DNA of 64,000 nucleotides from Nitrospirota bacterium (GTDB lineage Bacteria > Nitrospirota > UBA9217). The notes beneath the pieces are model-generated. The model was given only the letters and a program-made list of their open reading frames with translations, ran no database searches and was not told the origin of the DNA. The position numbers were made by a program, and so were the translations under genes. Location: contig CAVVUN010000011.1 in NCBI GenBank assembly GCA_963751455.1, positions 1 through 64,000 of the forward strand, in the 5' to 3' direction. Below, in pieces: positions 63,910 through 64,000 of this stretch; the first letter of the stretch is position 1; every line of letters starts with the position of its first letter.

Positions 63910-64000
63910 CCATGAGAGATCAAAGCAACGGAAAAACGGATGGGAAGCTATTTGAAGTCGGCCTGTCGTGGCTGACGACGAAAAAGAAAGGGACAGAAGC

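Overview
Bacterial chromosome window, probably Nitrospirota or Desulfobacterota-like (inferred from gene content and order). 1-17.5 kb is core genome: GAF-GGDEF, two DUF507 genes, rpsF-ssb-rpsR-DUF2232, DUF401, TonB, MetE-like, queF, degP, tatA/tatC, mobB, hemL, atpZ/atpI and a tetraheme cytochrome c/4Fe-4S/NrfD module. Many of these are split by single-base frameshifts that look like long-read errors. About 17.5-43 kb is an accessory mosaic containing: RAYT (REP-associated tyrosine transposase) fragments with repeated GACCCC ends in front of small cargo genes; a DUF1566 lipoprotein broken by a clean 195-bp in-frame internal inversion; a TetR + PEP-utilising (RPH-like) pair; AKR/ADH genes; an RRE-radical SAM/SPASM gene between two proteins with Cys-rich C-termini (candidate new RiPP or protein-modification system); a signal-peptide RHS protein with an HExxH tip; and nested IS200/IS4/MITE insertions. 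A 108-bp IS200/IS605-type mini-element occurs twice, each time just 3' of TGAAT, once splitting the HUH motif of a TnpA. 43-58 kb mixes housekeeping and accessory genes (yciH, SPL-like radical SAM, rsgA, rnhA, nitroreductases, large repeat lipoprotein). 58-64 kb is a defence-island-like stretch (truncated Mrr, MNT-HEPN, MTase fragment, DUF3024/DUF6398/CcbP-like genes). No rRNA, tRNA or CRISPR array was seen. All family assignments come from motif recognition, not database searches.
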